From: Bacteroidales bacterium
Lineage (GTDB): Bacteria; Bacteroidota; Bacteroidia; Bacteroidales; WCHB1-69
DNA length: 64,000 nt
Direction of reading: 5' to 3'
Assembly: GCA_017616775.1 (NCBI GenBank)
Contig: JAFZXM010000052.1
Span: forward strand, 77,282 to 141,281
Both the position numbers and the translations under genes were made by a program. This document shows, piece after piece, positions 41,964 through 52,500 of this stretch. Below the pieces are notes generated by a model. It was not told where the DNA came from. It was given only the letters and a program-made list of their open reading frames with translations, and ran no database searches. Each line of letters starts with the position of its first letter. The stretch's first letter is position 1.

Positions 41964-41971
41964 TACCTTTG
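41964..41971 (+). promoter_or_regulatory. -7 box (TACCTTTG) for tRNA-Leu
   Basis: TAnnTTTG 16 nt upstream of the tRNA 5' end. Confidence 0.55.
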
Positions 41972-41986
41972 CAAGGTCCGGTTCAG

Positions 41987-42068
41987 GCGGGTGTGGCGTA
42001 ATTGGTAGCCGCGCTAGACTTAGGATCTAGTGCCGAAAGGCGTAGGAGTTCGAGTCTCCTCACCCGCA
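41987..42068 (+). tRNA. tRNA-Leu (anticodon UAG)
   Basis: Hand-folded. Acceptor GCGGGTG/CACCCGC, D-loop with GG, anticodon stem CTAGA/TCTAG with loop CTTAGGA, long variable arm GCC-gaaa-GGC, T-arm AGGAG-TTCGAGT-CTCCT, discriminator A. CCA is not encoded. Confidence 0.88.
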
Positions 42069-42070
42069 CG

Positions 42071-42098
42071 ATAACGAGGTGATAGCCTCGTTATTTTT
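42071..42098 (+). terminator. terminator after tRNA-Leu
   Basis: ATAACGAGG-tgatag-CCTCGTTAT followed by TTTTT. Confidence 0.7.
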
Positions 42099-42115
42099 GT
42101 ATCAAGTATATTATC

Positions 42116-42706
42116 ATGAAGTGGAAAGTGTTTGACAATATGGAGCAATGCTCTGTTGCGGAAGTGCAGCGTTTGTTGCGGCGCGTGTCGGCGCAAAGAG
42201 CTGAAAAAGCCATGGCGTACAAACGTTTGCCCAATCAATATGCGTGTTTGAAAGCATATGAGCTGTTGCATGATATGTTAGAGGAGCAAGGGGTGATATC
42301 CCGTAATGAGCCGTTGGTTTTTGAATTGTCGGAACACGGCAAACCCCATATCAGCCGCTATCCTGATGTGCATTTTAATATCAGCCATTGCAAATACGGG
42401 ATAATAGTGGCGGTAGATACGGCTCCTGTCGGTGTGGATGTGGAAAGATTATATCTTCCCGATGACGCTTTTTTGCATTATACCATGAATGAAGAAGAAA
42501 TAAGGCAAATACGTTCGGCGGCGCATCCGGCTCAGGCCTTTTCATTGTTGTGGACCAGAAAGGAGGCATATGTGAAAATGAAAGGGGAGAGCATAGGCAG
42601 GGATATTCCTCAAATATTAAACGGTTTTGGCAGGCATCCCTATTCCGTCACTTCTTGGGTGAATGAGGAAAAACAATATGCATGCACTGTTATTTCCATG
42701 CAATAG
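42116..42706 (+). CDS. 4'-phosphopantetheinyl transferase (Sfp type)
   Basis: 196 aa. GKPHIS..FNISHC, VGVDVE and WTRKEAYVKMKG motifs. Confidence 0.75.
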   Translation: MKWKVFDNMEQCSVAEVQRLLRRVSAQRAEKAMAYKRLPNQYACLKAYELLHDMLEEQGVISRNEPLVFELSEHGKPHISRYPDVHFNISHCKYGIIVAVDTAPVGVDVERLYLPDDAFLHYTMNEEEIRQIRSAAHPAQAFSLLWTRKEAYVKMKGESIGRDIPQILNGFGRHPYSVTSWVNEEKQYACTVISMQ

Positions 42707-42821
42707 CGCAGATAGTTTCCTGGCAGCGGGTGCTATCCGTGCAGTGCGTCATCAGTGCGGCTCCGGAAAGTTTGAATCAAGCTAAAAAAGTATCCGCCGG
42801 AGCGGATATTGAAAAAAATAT

Positions 42822-42829
42822 TATCTTTG
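42822..42829 (+). promoter_or_regulatory. -7 box (TATCTTTG)
   Basis: TAnnTTTG 25 nt upstream of ATG 42854. Confidence 0.55.
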
Positions 42830-42853
42830 CATTTTATACCAAAAATATTTCAA

Positions 42854-44023
42854 ATGAAATTTATAGCCAAAACATTCGCCGGATTGGAACAAATGTTGTC
42901 CATGGAATTGCAGCAGGCAGGGGCGGAAGATGTGCAAGTGCTTACCCGTGCCGTTTCGTTTTGCGGAGACACGGCATTGCTATACAAAGTGAATTATACC
43001 TGCAGGTTGGTGTTGCGGGTGCTGTTGGTGATAAAAGAATTTGAATTCAAGACCAATGAAGATTTTTATAAATCGGTGTTTAATATTGATTTAACGGATT
43101 ATCTGGATAAAGACGGCACTTTTTGTGTGCATTCCGTAGTAGCGGACTCCATATTTTATAATTCGCAATATACCAGTCTGCTTGCCAAAGACGCCATTTG
43201 CGACAGTTATAGGGACAGGTATGATTGTCGCCCGGGTATAGACAAGCAGTCACCGGAGGTGACAATAGATGTGCATGTGTATCGGAATACGGCCACCATT
43301 TCTTTGGATAGTTCCGGTATATCGCTGCATAGAAGAGGATATAAAACCACCCGGCATCCAGCTGCGCTCAATGAGGTGATGGCAGCGGGGATTATAGCAC
43401 TCAGCGGTTGGGATGGCACCTGCGATTTGATAGATTTTATGTGCGGTTCGGGCACCATATTGATAGAAGCCGCCATGAAAGCGTTAAATATGCCGGCAGG
43501 CTATTACCGCGTGGAGAATTACGGATTTATGTCATGGAAAAATTTTGATGAAAAATTGTGGAATGATATCCGTTTTCAAGCCGATGATGCCATGAAAGAA
43601 TTTACGGATATAAAAATTTACGGCAGTGATATAAATTATAAATATATAAGGTCTGATAAAGAAAATATAGAACAATTGCGCCTGGATGACATCATAGTAT
43701 TGTCGGTGGAAGATTTTGCGGATACGGCACCGGCACGTACTCCGGCATATGTAATTGTCAATCCTCCTTATGGAGAAAGATTGCAGATGGAGGAAATTGA
43801 AAATTTTTATCAGTCCATAGGCAACATTTTGAAGAAAAAATATATCAATTGTATGGCGTGTATGCTTACGTCCAACAGGCAGGCAATGAGAAGTTTCGGA
43901 TTAAAGACTTTGCGAAAATATAAGGTATACAATGCTGAATTGGAATGCTGTTTTTATGTTTATCAAATATATTCCGGCAGTAAAAAACAAAAAAGTGAAG
44001 ATCAAATAATGTCAAAGAATTAA
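42854..44023 (+). CDS. THUMP-domain class I SAM-dependent RNA methyltransferase (RlmL/UPF0020-like)
   Basis: MKFIAKTFAGLEQMLSMEL start, SAM motif DFMCGSGTILIEAA, catalytic VNPPYGERL. Start moved downstream of the -7 box. Confidence 0.8.
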   Translation: MKFIAKTFAGLEQMLSMELQQAGAEDVQVLTRAVSFCGDTALLYKVNYTCRLVLRVLLVIKEFEFKTNEDFYKSVFNIDLTDYLDKDGTFCVHSVVADSIFYNSQYTSLLAKDAICDSYRDRYDCRPGIDKQSPEVTIDVHVYRNTATISLDSSGISLHRRGYKTTRHPAALNEVMAAGIIALSGWDGTCDLIDFMCGSGTILIEAAMKALNMPAGYYRVENYGFMSWKNFDEKLWNDIRFQADDAMKEFTDIKIYGSDINYKYIRSDKENIEQLRLDDIIVLSVEDFADTAPARTPAYVIVNPPYGERLQMEEIENFYQSIGNILKKKYINCMACMLTSNRQAMRSFGLKTLRKYKVYNAELECCFYVYQIYSGSKKQKSEDQIMSKN

Positions 44024-44043
44024 TAATAAAAAAACGCTGAAAG

Positions 44044-44613
44044 ATGAAAAAATTAGTTGTAGTATTGATGGTGATAACTTGTGCCACAGCATGGGCAGAA
44101 GGTAAAAAAACGTCACAGATACCTCTCAAAAGTGACAAATCCGTTTGCATAGACGCCAATATGGTAACGGTAGCGGATTATAAAGCGTATGTGGATTATT
44201 TGCGCAAGGTTTCCGGTGATGCATATGCGGAAATGGCCATGCCGGATGCCGATATTTGTAAATCGGTGTATGGCAAGGCAAATATAATGAATGAGGCTGC
44301 CTGCCAGCAAAAACCTATAGTGGGTTTGAGTTGGGAACAAATAAGGGCTTATTGCAGTTGGAGAACAGACAGAGACAATGCTCAAAGTAAAAAGGGCAAT
44401 GAGTATGTGATATATTCATTGCCGACCATGTCACACATGCAGGAAGCTTTTGACATGGGTATAGAAGGCGTGGGAGGAAGCCTTGCCGAAATGACGGCAG
44501 AAATGAAGCTGATAGTAGGGGCAGGCACTTATGGTCTGAAATCCGAAGTTGCAACGGAAGAAGCCGGAAAATTCGGGTTCCGTTGTGTGATGCAAAAACT
44601 CAGCAGGGAATAA
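44044..44613 (+). CDS. secreted SUMF1/formylglycine-generating-enzyme-like domain protein
   Basis: Signal peptide. PIVGLSWEQIRAYCSWR and a terminal GFRCV are typical of the FGE-sulfatase fold. Confidence 0.45.
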   Translation: MKKLVVVLMVITCATAWAEGKKTSQIPLKSDKSVCIDANMVTVADYKAYVDYLRKVSGDAYAEMAMPDADICKSVYGKANIMNEAACQQKPIVGLSWEQIRAYCSWRTDRDNAQSKKGNEYVIYSLPTMSHMQEAFDMGIEGVGGSLAEMTAEMKLIVGAGTYGLKSEVATEEAGKFGFRCVMQKLSRE

Positions 44614-44762
44614 CCGGAACATACCGGCAGAATTTCCCCCTCCGGATTCGTTTATGCAGCAAAGGGGAGGAACTTTCCGCCCCTTGCCGTAAGCGGTGTT
44701 TTGTGTCATGTTGTTTTTCTGAAAAAAACTGAAAAACAGGTGTGGCATATTAACATTTTGTT

Positions 44763-44916
44763 TAACTTTGCAGTTGAAGAAAATCATTGTGGTCCGGACG
44801 GTTCTGATGCAAGCCCAACTGTCAGAAAACTGCGGTGTGGAAACATGCGGACGGGAACTATATCGCCGTATTGTATAAAGGATAAAAAAAAATGTCGCCT
44901 ATGGGCGACATTTTTT
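44763..44916 (+). ncRNA. candidate small RNA (about 140 nt) bounded by a -7 box and an intrinsic terminator
   Basis: TAACTTTG at 44763-44770, then a GC-rich (for this genome) non-coding stretch containing a GGAA-capped hairpin TGT-GGAA-ACA, ending in the terminator at 44884-44916. No + strand gene lies downstream. Confidence 0.3.
44884..44916. terminator. bidirectional terminator (also serves the minus-strand dehydrogenase gene)
   Basis: A-run, ATGTCGCC-tatg-GGCGACAT, T-run. Sits 15 nt from stop codon 44931. Confidence 0.8.
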
Positions 44917-44930
44917 GTATAATCCATTGT

Positions 44931-45890
44931 TTAGATAAGGCCTTTGGCATGTTTGGCTTTGAGGGTATCCAGCATGTCCACGGTCATTTTGTCCAAATCA
45001 TATTTGGGATTCCATCCCCATTCCTTACGGGCGCAGGAATCGTCCATTTTATCCGGCCAACTGTTGGCAATTGCCTGTTTGACAGGTTCCGGCTGGTAGA
45101 TCATTTTAAAATCGGGTATGTATTTCTTGATGGCTTGATAAATGATTTCAGGGTCAAAACTCATAGCCGTCACATTGAAGGAGTTACGGTGTATTAATTT
45201 GGAAGGATCGGCTTCCATAATGTCCACCATGGCATCCAAGGCATCGGGCATATACATCATATCCATATAAGTGCCTTTTTCCAGCGGGCATACAAATGTT
45301 TCGCCTTTTACGGCTGCATAGTATATTTCCACTGCATAGTCGGTGGTGCCGCCGCCGGGCAGGGTGAGATTGGATATCAGTCCCGGAAAACGTACGGAAC
45401 GGGTGTCCACACCGAAACGGGTGAAATAATAGTCACTCAGCAATTCTCCTGTCACTTTGGTAACACCGTAGATGGTGTTGGGACGTTGGATGGTGTCTTG
45501 CGGAGTGAGATTGTGGGGTGTGCTGGGCCCGAAAGCTCCGATAGATGACGGAGTGAATACGGCACAGTTGAAAATACGGGCCACTTCCAAACAGTTGACC
45601 AAACTGCCGATGCCGACATTCCATCCCAGCATGGGATTTTTTTCTGCCGTGGCCGAAAGTATGGCTGCCAAATTGTAAATGGTGTCGATTTCGTATTTTT
45701 TAACTACTTCTATTATTTGGGTGATTTGAGTGGAGTCAATTCTTTCAAACGGACCTTGCTCAACTATTTCTCCGCTCAATTGGCGGAGGTCACTGGCAAC
45801 CACATTTGAATTTCCGTAAGTAGCACGTAATTTTTTTACCAATTCTGTTCCGATTTGTCCACCGGATCCTACAATTAATATTTTATTCAT
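44931..45890 (-). CDS. NAD-dependent epimerase/dehydratase family (SDR-type L-threonine 3-dehydrogenase-like)
   Basis: 319 aa. Rossmann motif ILIVGSGGQIGTEL and catalytic YGVTK context. Confidence 0.7.
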   Translation of the reverse strand: MNKILIVGSGGQIGTELVKKLRATYGNSNVVASDLRQLSGEIVEQGPFERIDSTQITQIIEVVKKYEIDTIYNLAAILSATAEKNPMLGWNVGIGSLVNCLEVARIFNCAVFTPSSIGAFGPSTPHNLTPQDTIQRPNTIYGVTKVTGELLSDYYFTRFGVDTRSVRFPGLISNLTLPGGGTTDYAVEIYYAAVKGETFVCPLEKGTYMDMMYMPDALDAMVDIMEADPSKLIHRNSFNVTAMSFDPEIIYQAIKKYIPDFKMIYQPEPVKQAIANSWPDKMDDSCARKEWGWNPKYDLDKMTVDMLDTLKAKHAKGLI

Positions 45891-46147
45891 GTCTTATGTA
45901 TGCTTTAGAAAAATTTTTGCAAATGTAAAAAAAAACTATTTATCAAGAAGATGTTTTTATATATTTTTTTTCAAAAAAATATGTTGAAATATTAACCTGT
46001 TGTAATCCTTGTTTTTAATGACGGGGAAGCAAAATGTGAATTCATCAAACATTTGTTATACAATATTATTGGTGTTGGACAAGGCCGGTTTGCCAATATT
46101 TTTTTTTGTATTGAATTTTTTTTGAACAAACATATTGATTTTTTTAC

Positions 46148-46155
46148 TATCTTTG
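46148..46155 (+). promoter_or_regulatory. -7 box (TATCTTTG)
   Basis: TAnnTTTG 46 nt upstream of ATG 46201. Confidence 0.45.
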
Positions 46156-46200
46156 CAGATTGTTTAAATAAATAAAATTATAGATTACACATAAAAAAAT

Positions 46201-48333
46201 ATGGCAGCAATAGGAAGAATAAGAAAGCATTCAACTATCTTGCTTATTGTAGTGGCAGGAGCTTTGTTAGCATTTATTTTAGGAGATTTTGGCCGTAAAG
46301 GCGGTAATTCAAAATTGCAGGATAAATTCATAGTGGTGGGTAAAAATAATATATCCTACACTGAATATATGCAACAATATAACGCATATAGGGAATTGGT
46401 AAAGCAGAGGGAAAACAGAAATCTTTCGTCGGAAGAGGATTTCCAATTGGGAACACAATTGTACGAGTCTTTGGTGGACTCTATATTGTTGGCCGACGAG
46501 TCCGAACGTTTGGGTATCACTGTTACCAATGAAGAAGTCAGAGATTTGGTGTCCGGTCCCAATGCACACCAATATGCGCAACGTTTCTTTTCCGACGGAA
46601 CGTCGTACAACATGCAATTGGCCAATCAGTTCTTGGACAATATGGATCAATATGATACCACTATCAGGAATCAATATCTGGAATTGGAACGTTATATTGT
46701 CAGAGAGGCTGCTATTAACAAATATTTCAATTTGCTTACCAAGTCTTTTTATATTCCTAAGGCAATGGTGAAAAAAATGCAAGCTGAAAATTCATTGAAA
46801 GCCGATATCGATTTTGTACAGCTGCCTTATAGCCACGAATTGGTGAGTGACGATAAAATATCTGTCAGCCAATCGGATGTTAAAAAATGGTATGAAGACA
46901 ACAAATTCCGTTTCAAACAAGACAAAGAATACAGAGAAGTGGAATATGTGATTTTCCGTGTAGAGCCTTCCATAGGAGATTTGCAGGATATAGAAAAAGA
47001 AGTGAATCAAATGTATACCGAATTCGCCACCAGTGAAAGGCCTCAAGATTTTGTAAACCGTATGGTGGATACCCGTTATGACAGCACTTATAAAAAACCG
47101 GGGGAATTGATGCCTGCATTGGATACCGTATTGTTCAACGCTCCCGCAGGTACTTTGGTAGAGCCTTTTGTGGACGGTAACATGTGGGTTTTTGCCAAAT
47201 TGTTGAACATCAAAGAACGTCCCGATTCTTTGAATGTCAATTTTATGTTCATTGCAGACTTGGGCGTGCAAGGCAACGGCAGAACTCCTGCTGAAGCCGC
47301 TATGATGGTTGACAGCGCAATGGAAGCATTGCGTCAGGGAGAAGATTTTGTAGCCGTAGCCAACAAATATTCCGATATTCCCATAGAAGGCCAGCCCGAT
47401 GAAGGAAGAATTTGGATGGAAGACGGAATAGGTGACGGACAATTGTTCTTTGACACTTTGTATACTCATCCCGAAGGCAGTCTGGTACAATATAAACATC
47501 AAGGCGGCACTTATATCTTCAGAGTTAACGCCCGTTCCGCTTTCAATAAAAAAATACAAGTGGCCATAGGCAAAAAAGAAATAGCCCCGTCACGTGAAAC
47601 CATAGATAATATAGAAAGCAGAGCCAATACATTTGTAAACGGTTTGGCTACTATAAGTGATTTTGACAAAGCCGCTTCAGCACAAAATTTGGACAAACGC
47701 AGTTTTGAAAGAGTGGAAGAAATGACCTATACGCTGCCGGGATTAAATGTAACTAGCCGTGATATAGTACATTGGATATACGACAAAAACACCAAGAAAG
47801 GGGATGTGTCTTCCGTGTTCTCTACCGAAGGAGCTTATGTGGTAGTGGCATTGAAAGGTATTTATCCTAAAGGCTATATGTCTTTGGACCAGGAACAAAT
47901 CAAGAATTATTGTGAAACCATGGCCAAAAGGGATAAGAAAGCCGCCAAATTGGAAGAAATGCTCAATAAAGATTTGAAACAAGGCGCTTCCCTGGAAACC
48001 ATAGCCTCTAAATATAAAGCAGAAAATGAACAAGCCTCCGTTACCTATGCCGACAGAAATTTCTCTCATTTCGGACTGGAGGATAAAATGATAGGCCAAC
48101 TTATGGGACAACAAGCAGGCAGCACTAAAGTGTATATCGGCGATATGGGCGTGTATGTTATAAAAATCAACAAAATAGATGTGCCTTCTTTGGATGTGAA
48201 TGCCCATGATGAAAACGAAGACATGTTGGTACAACAATATCAAATGATGATGCAAAGCAGAGTGCAAAACCAAACTACACCGGCTTTGAAGAAAATGGTG
48301 AAAATCAAAGATAACCGTCCTTTAGTATATTAA
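46201..48333 (+). CDS. PpiD/SurA-like periplasmic chaperone (peptidyl-prolyl isomerase family)
   Basis: 710 aa. N-terminal anchor IGRIRKHSTILLIVVAGALLAFILGDF is typical of PpiD-like proteins. Confidence 0.65.
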   Translation: MAAIGRIRKHSTILLIVVAGALLAFILGDFGRKGGNSKLQDKFIVVGKNNISYTEYMQQYNAYRELVKQRENRNLSSEEDFQLGTQLYESLVDSILLADESERLGITVTNEEVRDLVSGPNAHQYAQRFFSDGTSYNMQLANQFLDNMDQYDTTIRNQYLELERYIVREAAINKYFNLLTKSFYIPKAMVKKMQAENSLKADIDFVQLPYSHELVSDDKISVSQSDVKKWYEDNKFRFKQDKEYREVEYVIFRVEPSIGDLQDIEKEVNQMYTEFATSERPQDFVNRMVDTRYDSTYKKPGELMPALDTVLFNAPAGTLVEPFVDGNMWVFAKLLNIKERPDSLNVNFMFIADLGVQGNGRTPAEAAMMVDSAMEALRQGEDFVAVANKYSDIPIEGQPDEGRIWMEDGIGDGQLFFDTLYTHPEGSLVQYKHQGGTYIFRVNARSAFNKKIQVAIGKKEIAPSRETIDNIESRANTFVNGLATISDFDKAASAQNLDKRSFERVEEMTYTLPGLNVTSRDIVHWIYDKNTKKGDVSSVFSTEGAYVVVALKGIYPKGYMSLDQEQIKNYCETMAKRDKKAAKLEEMLNKDLKQGASLETIASKYKAENEQASVTYADRNFSHFGLEDKMIGQLMGQQAGSTKVYIGDMGVYVIKINKIDVPSLDVNAHDENEDMLVQQYQMMMQSRVQNQTTPALKKMVKIKDNRPLVY

Positions 48334-48340
48334 TATAAAA

Positions 48341-48853
48341 TTGATGAATATGAAAAAGATAGCAGCAATAGTTTTAGGTATAACAGCGCTTACCATGGTG
48401 AGTTGCGATAAAAATACACCTGAAGAAGTGGCAAAAGAATTTTTTACCCATTATGCCAAATACGAATTTGATCAAATTCAAGATTGTGTGTTAGAAGAAG
48501 ACCGTGCTTATTACCAACTCGTACAGGCAATGGTTCCCGAAGAAGATAAAGAAAATGCCGCCAATTCAAAATTGGATATCAAAGATATACAATGCGAAAT
48601 AGTGGATGATACTTTGGCTACCTGTACTTGTGTTTTAAGTCTGGAAGACAAACAAACTTCCGAAAAAGAAGAGATAACACAAGTAATAGATTTGAAGAAA
48701 GTGGGCAAAAAATGGTATGTGGATCCGGGAAAGGAAAACGGCAATAATGAATATATGAATGACCCTGAAGACGACATCCCTTCCGAATTGGAAGAAGATG
48801 ATATCCTTTCTATATCCGAAGATGATATTATTGCGACCGAAAAGAGTGAATAA
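48341..48853 (+). CDS. hypothetical lipoprotein (DUF4878-like) with acidic C-terminus
   Basis: Lipobox LTMVSC, PEEVAKEFFTHYAKYEF start, D/E-rich tail. Confidence 0.4.
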   Translation: MMNMKKIAAIVLGITALTMVSCDKNTPEEVAKEFFTHYAKYEFDQIQDCVLEEDRAYYQLVQAMVPEEDKENAANSKLDIKDIQCEIVDDTLATCTCVLSLEDKQTSEKEEITQVIDLKKVGKKWYVDPGKENGNNEYMNDPEDDIPSELEEDDILSISEDDIIATEKSE

Positions 48854-48906
48854 ATTATTTGTTACCATATTCTTAGCTGTTTGATATCAAACAGCTATTT
48901 TTTTTT

Positions 48907-49581
48907 ATGAAAAAAAAATATGCTTTTATTTTATCGGCAGTAATATTGGCAGGCATGCTGGTGATATCTTTGTCACGCATGTGTAAGGGCACTGCAGGAT
49001 ATTATGAACATCAGGCGACAGCTTCGTTCGATAACCAAGAGTATGCCCTGTTGCGTAACGGCGATGTGATTTTAAGGCACGGATTCGGTTGGGTTAGCAA
49101 TACAATAGCAAAATATGCACACGATGATTATGCGGTGTCGCATTGCGGGGTGTTGGTACAAACCAAAGACAGCGCCTGGTATGTTATACATACGGTATCA
49201 AATTCTTTGTCCAAAACCGACGGCATGCAAACAGACCCTTTGTCCCGGTTTTTAACCGACAGTCATGAAAATTCAATAGTGGTGCAACGGTTTGTTTCGC
49301 AAGACAGCAATGCCGGAAACAAAATAGCCTTTGCCGCATGGAATTATTATAAGCAGCGCATCCCGTTTGATGATGAATTTAATTTTGAAGACAGCACAGA
49401 GTTTTTTTGTACCGAAATGCTATGGCATGTGTTTAAAAATGCTGTGAATGTGAATTTGTTGAATGCTGCTGATGAAAGTGAATATCATATCATGCATTTT
49501 GCCATGCTTTTTGATACATTGCATTTTGCCACTGTTATCAATCAGTTTGATGAAAATAAAAGTAAAAAGATATGCAGATAA
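48907..49581 (+). CDS. YiiX/permuted papain-like (NlpC/P60 superfamily) hydrolase
   Basis: N-terminal TM. Motifs AVSHCGVLV and FFCTEMLWHVF resemble the YiiX family. Confidence 0.45.
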   Translation: MKKKYAFILSAVILAGMLVISLSRMCKGTAGYYEHQATASFDNQEYALLRNGDVILRHGFGWVSNTIAKYAHDDYAVSHCGVLVQTKDSAWYVIHTVSNSLSKTDGMQTDPLSRFLTDSHENSIVVQRFVSQDSNAGNKIAFAAWNYYKQRIPFDDEFNFEDSTEFFCTEMLWHVFKNAVNVNLLNAADESEYHIMHFAMLFDTLHFATVINQFDENKSKKICR

Positions 49582-52500
49582 ACGATATAGCAGGCATATA
49601 TGAACATTGCGACAAGACAGGGGCAATAGCCGGTTCTTTGCATTCTGCCGGTTTGCAAAGAATACATTTGAAAGGTTTGAAAGGAAGCGCAAGGGCCTTT
49701 TATATATCTGCATTGGCCCGCAGGATATCCTCTTTGCAATTGTGTATATTGCCCGATAAAGAAACGGCATCGTTCTTTTTTGGTGATTTGGAATGCATAT
49801 TTCAAGAGCAGGAAAAGGATTTTAGCGATAGAAAAGTGCTCTTTTATGCCGCCAGAACAGAAAATAAAAAAATGGACAGCTATATGACCATGCTTCGCAA
49901 TACAGTATTGCAACAAATAAGTGAAGGGCATTCAAACATAATAGTCAGTTATCCTGAGGCTTTGTCCGAAAAGGTGGCGGATATCAGCACCTTCAAAAAT
50001 GCAAGATTGTTGTTGAAAACCAATCAGATATATGGTTTTGATGCTTTGGTGGAGGATTTGTCCGAAGCGGATTTTGAATATAGCGATTATGTGGTGCAGC
50101 CCGGACAATTTGCCATACGCGGTGGCCTGATAGATGTGTTCTCCTATACCGATGAGCATCCGGTGAGAATAGAATTCAAAGGCGATATGATAGCCTCCAT
50201 ACGCTTGTTTGACATAGAAAGCCAATTGACAAAAAAGGTGTTGGAAGAAACGGTCATTACTGCGGACATACAAAATTTGAATACAGACAACAGCATGGAT
50301 ATCATGCAATTGCTGCCCGACAACACCTGCATATGGATAGAAGATATAGAAGCGTGTGAACATGCGCTCAAAAAGTTTTGGCAAGAAGCTGCTGCAAATG
50401 CTGACATAGAGGTGGAGCATACCGGTGTTGAAGATTTTAAAAGAAATATTTTGAGATGCCATTTGTTGGAGTTCGGACACAATTTTTATACCGTTCCCAC
50501 CATGGAAGTTGCCTTCAACATGCAGGTACAGATGTCGTACAACAAGCAGTTTGATATTCTTGTCAATGAATGGATAGAGCATTATCAGCAGGGAATATGC
50601 AATATATTTGCCGCCGCCAATGAAAATCAATCGGTAAGGGTGCGAAATATAGTGTGGGATATGCTGCAGGACGCACGCTATAGGCAAACATACGGGGAAA
50701 AATTGTTGCAACAAATGGAGTGCAACATGGTGCAATATGTCAATTACTCTTTGCACGAAGGCTTTGTCGATAAAGACAACAAATTGGCTTTATATACCGA
50801 TCATCAGGTATTTAACAGATATCACAGGTATAAAATAGAAGATAAATATAGAAAAAACGAGTCGCTGACTTTAAAAGAGCTGTATGACCTGAAGCCGGGA
50901 GACTATGTGACGCATATTAATTATGGAATAGGCCAATATGCGGGATTGGAAAAAATAGATGTGGGCGGAAAACAGCAGGAGGCTATCAAAATATTGTACA
51001 AGGATAAGGATGTGTTGTATATCAGCATACATTCTTTGCATCGCATAGCCAAATATTCAGGAAAAGACGGCATGGCACCCGCTTTGCACCGTTTGGGCAG
51101 CAATGCTTGGAATAAGGTAAAAGAAAAGGCCAAGACCAAAGTAAAACAGTTGGTTTTTGATTTAACCAAATTGTATGCAGAGCGCAAAGCCGCAGACGGC
51201 TATGCTTTCTCTCCCGACAATTTCATGCAAAATGAGCTGGAGGCATCGTTTGTATATGAAGACACCCCTGACCAAATAAAGGCGACGGCGGAAGTGAAAA
51301 AAGATATGGAAGCCTCTTATCCTATGGACAGACTGATATGCGGGGATGTGGGCTTCGGAAAAACGGAAATAGCCATAAGGGCAGCCTTTAAAGCCGTGTG
51401 CGACAACAAACAGGTGGCGGTATTGGTGCCCACTACCGTGTTGGCACTGCAGCATTACAACACTTTTAGAGACCGGCTGTCCAATTTTCCTTGCAGCGTG
51501 GATTATGTTAACAGGTTTAAATCGGCCAAACAGCAAAAAGAAATTTTGCAAAAACTCAAAAAAGGACAATTGGATATCATCATAGGAACGCATCGTCTGT
51601 TGGGCAAAGATGTGGAATTTAAAGATTTGGGATTGTTGATAGTAGATGAAGAGCAAAAATTCGGTGTGGGCGATAAAGAAAAATTGCGGTGCATGAAGGT
51701 GAATGTGGACACACTCACCATGACAGCCACCCCCATTCCCCGTACTTTGCAATTTTCACTCATGGGAGCAAGGGATATTTCTATCATGCGTACACCTCCT
51801 TTAAACCGGTATCCTATAGAAACATCGGTGAAAGTGTTTGATGAGCACACCTTGTTTTCGGCTATAGACAATGAGGTGTCCCGCAACGGACAAGTGTTTG
51901 TAGTGCACAACAGAGTGCAAAATATTAATGAAATAGCCGATTTGATAAGAGGACATTTCCCCAACCATAAAGTAGCCGTGGCTCATGGTCAAATGGAAGG
52001 CAATATGTTGGAAAAAATAATGTTGGATTTCATTGACGGATATTATGATATTTTGGTGTCCACCGCTATCATTGAGTCCGGACTGGATATTCCCAATGCC
52101 AATACAATTATTATCAACGAAGCCCAAAATTTCGGATTGAGTGAATTGCATCAGTTGAGGGGCAGGGTGGGGCGCAACAATAAAAAAGCCTTTTGCTATC
52201 TGCTCACACCGCCCCGGGATATGTTGTCCTCCATTGCTTGCAAACGATTGGATGCCATAGAAGAATATGCAGATATAGGCAGCGGTTTTAATATAGCCAT
52301 GCGGGATTTGGATATTCGCGGTGCCGGTAATCTGCTGGGAGCGGAACAAAGCGGTTTTATTACCGAAATAGGGTATGAAATGTACCAGAAAATTTTGCAG
52401 GAAGCCATAGAAGAAATGCAGGAATCTACAGCGGGCAACGAATTGCAGGAGGTGTGTTTTGTGCGTGAATGTGCTATAGAAACCGATATGGAACTCTTTA

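Noticed and set aside
44778-44916. SRP (4.5S) RNA identity for the candidate sRNA
   Set aside because: It has a GGAA tetraloop. However, it lacks the conserved flanking AGG...GGAAGCA elements of SRP domain IV that I remember.
46792-47559. 255-aa minus-strand ORF; similar cases at 49932-50756, 60144-60881 and 51162-51752
   Set aside because: They are antisense to the PpiD-like gene, mfd and clpB respectively. No motifs are present. They are shadow ORFs.
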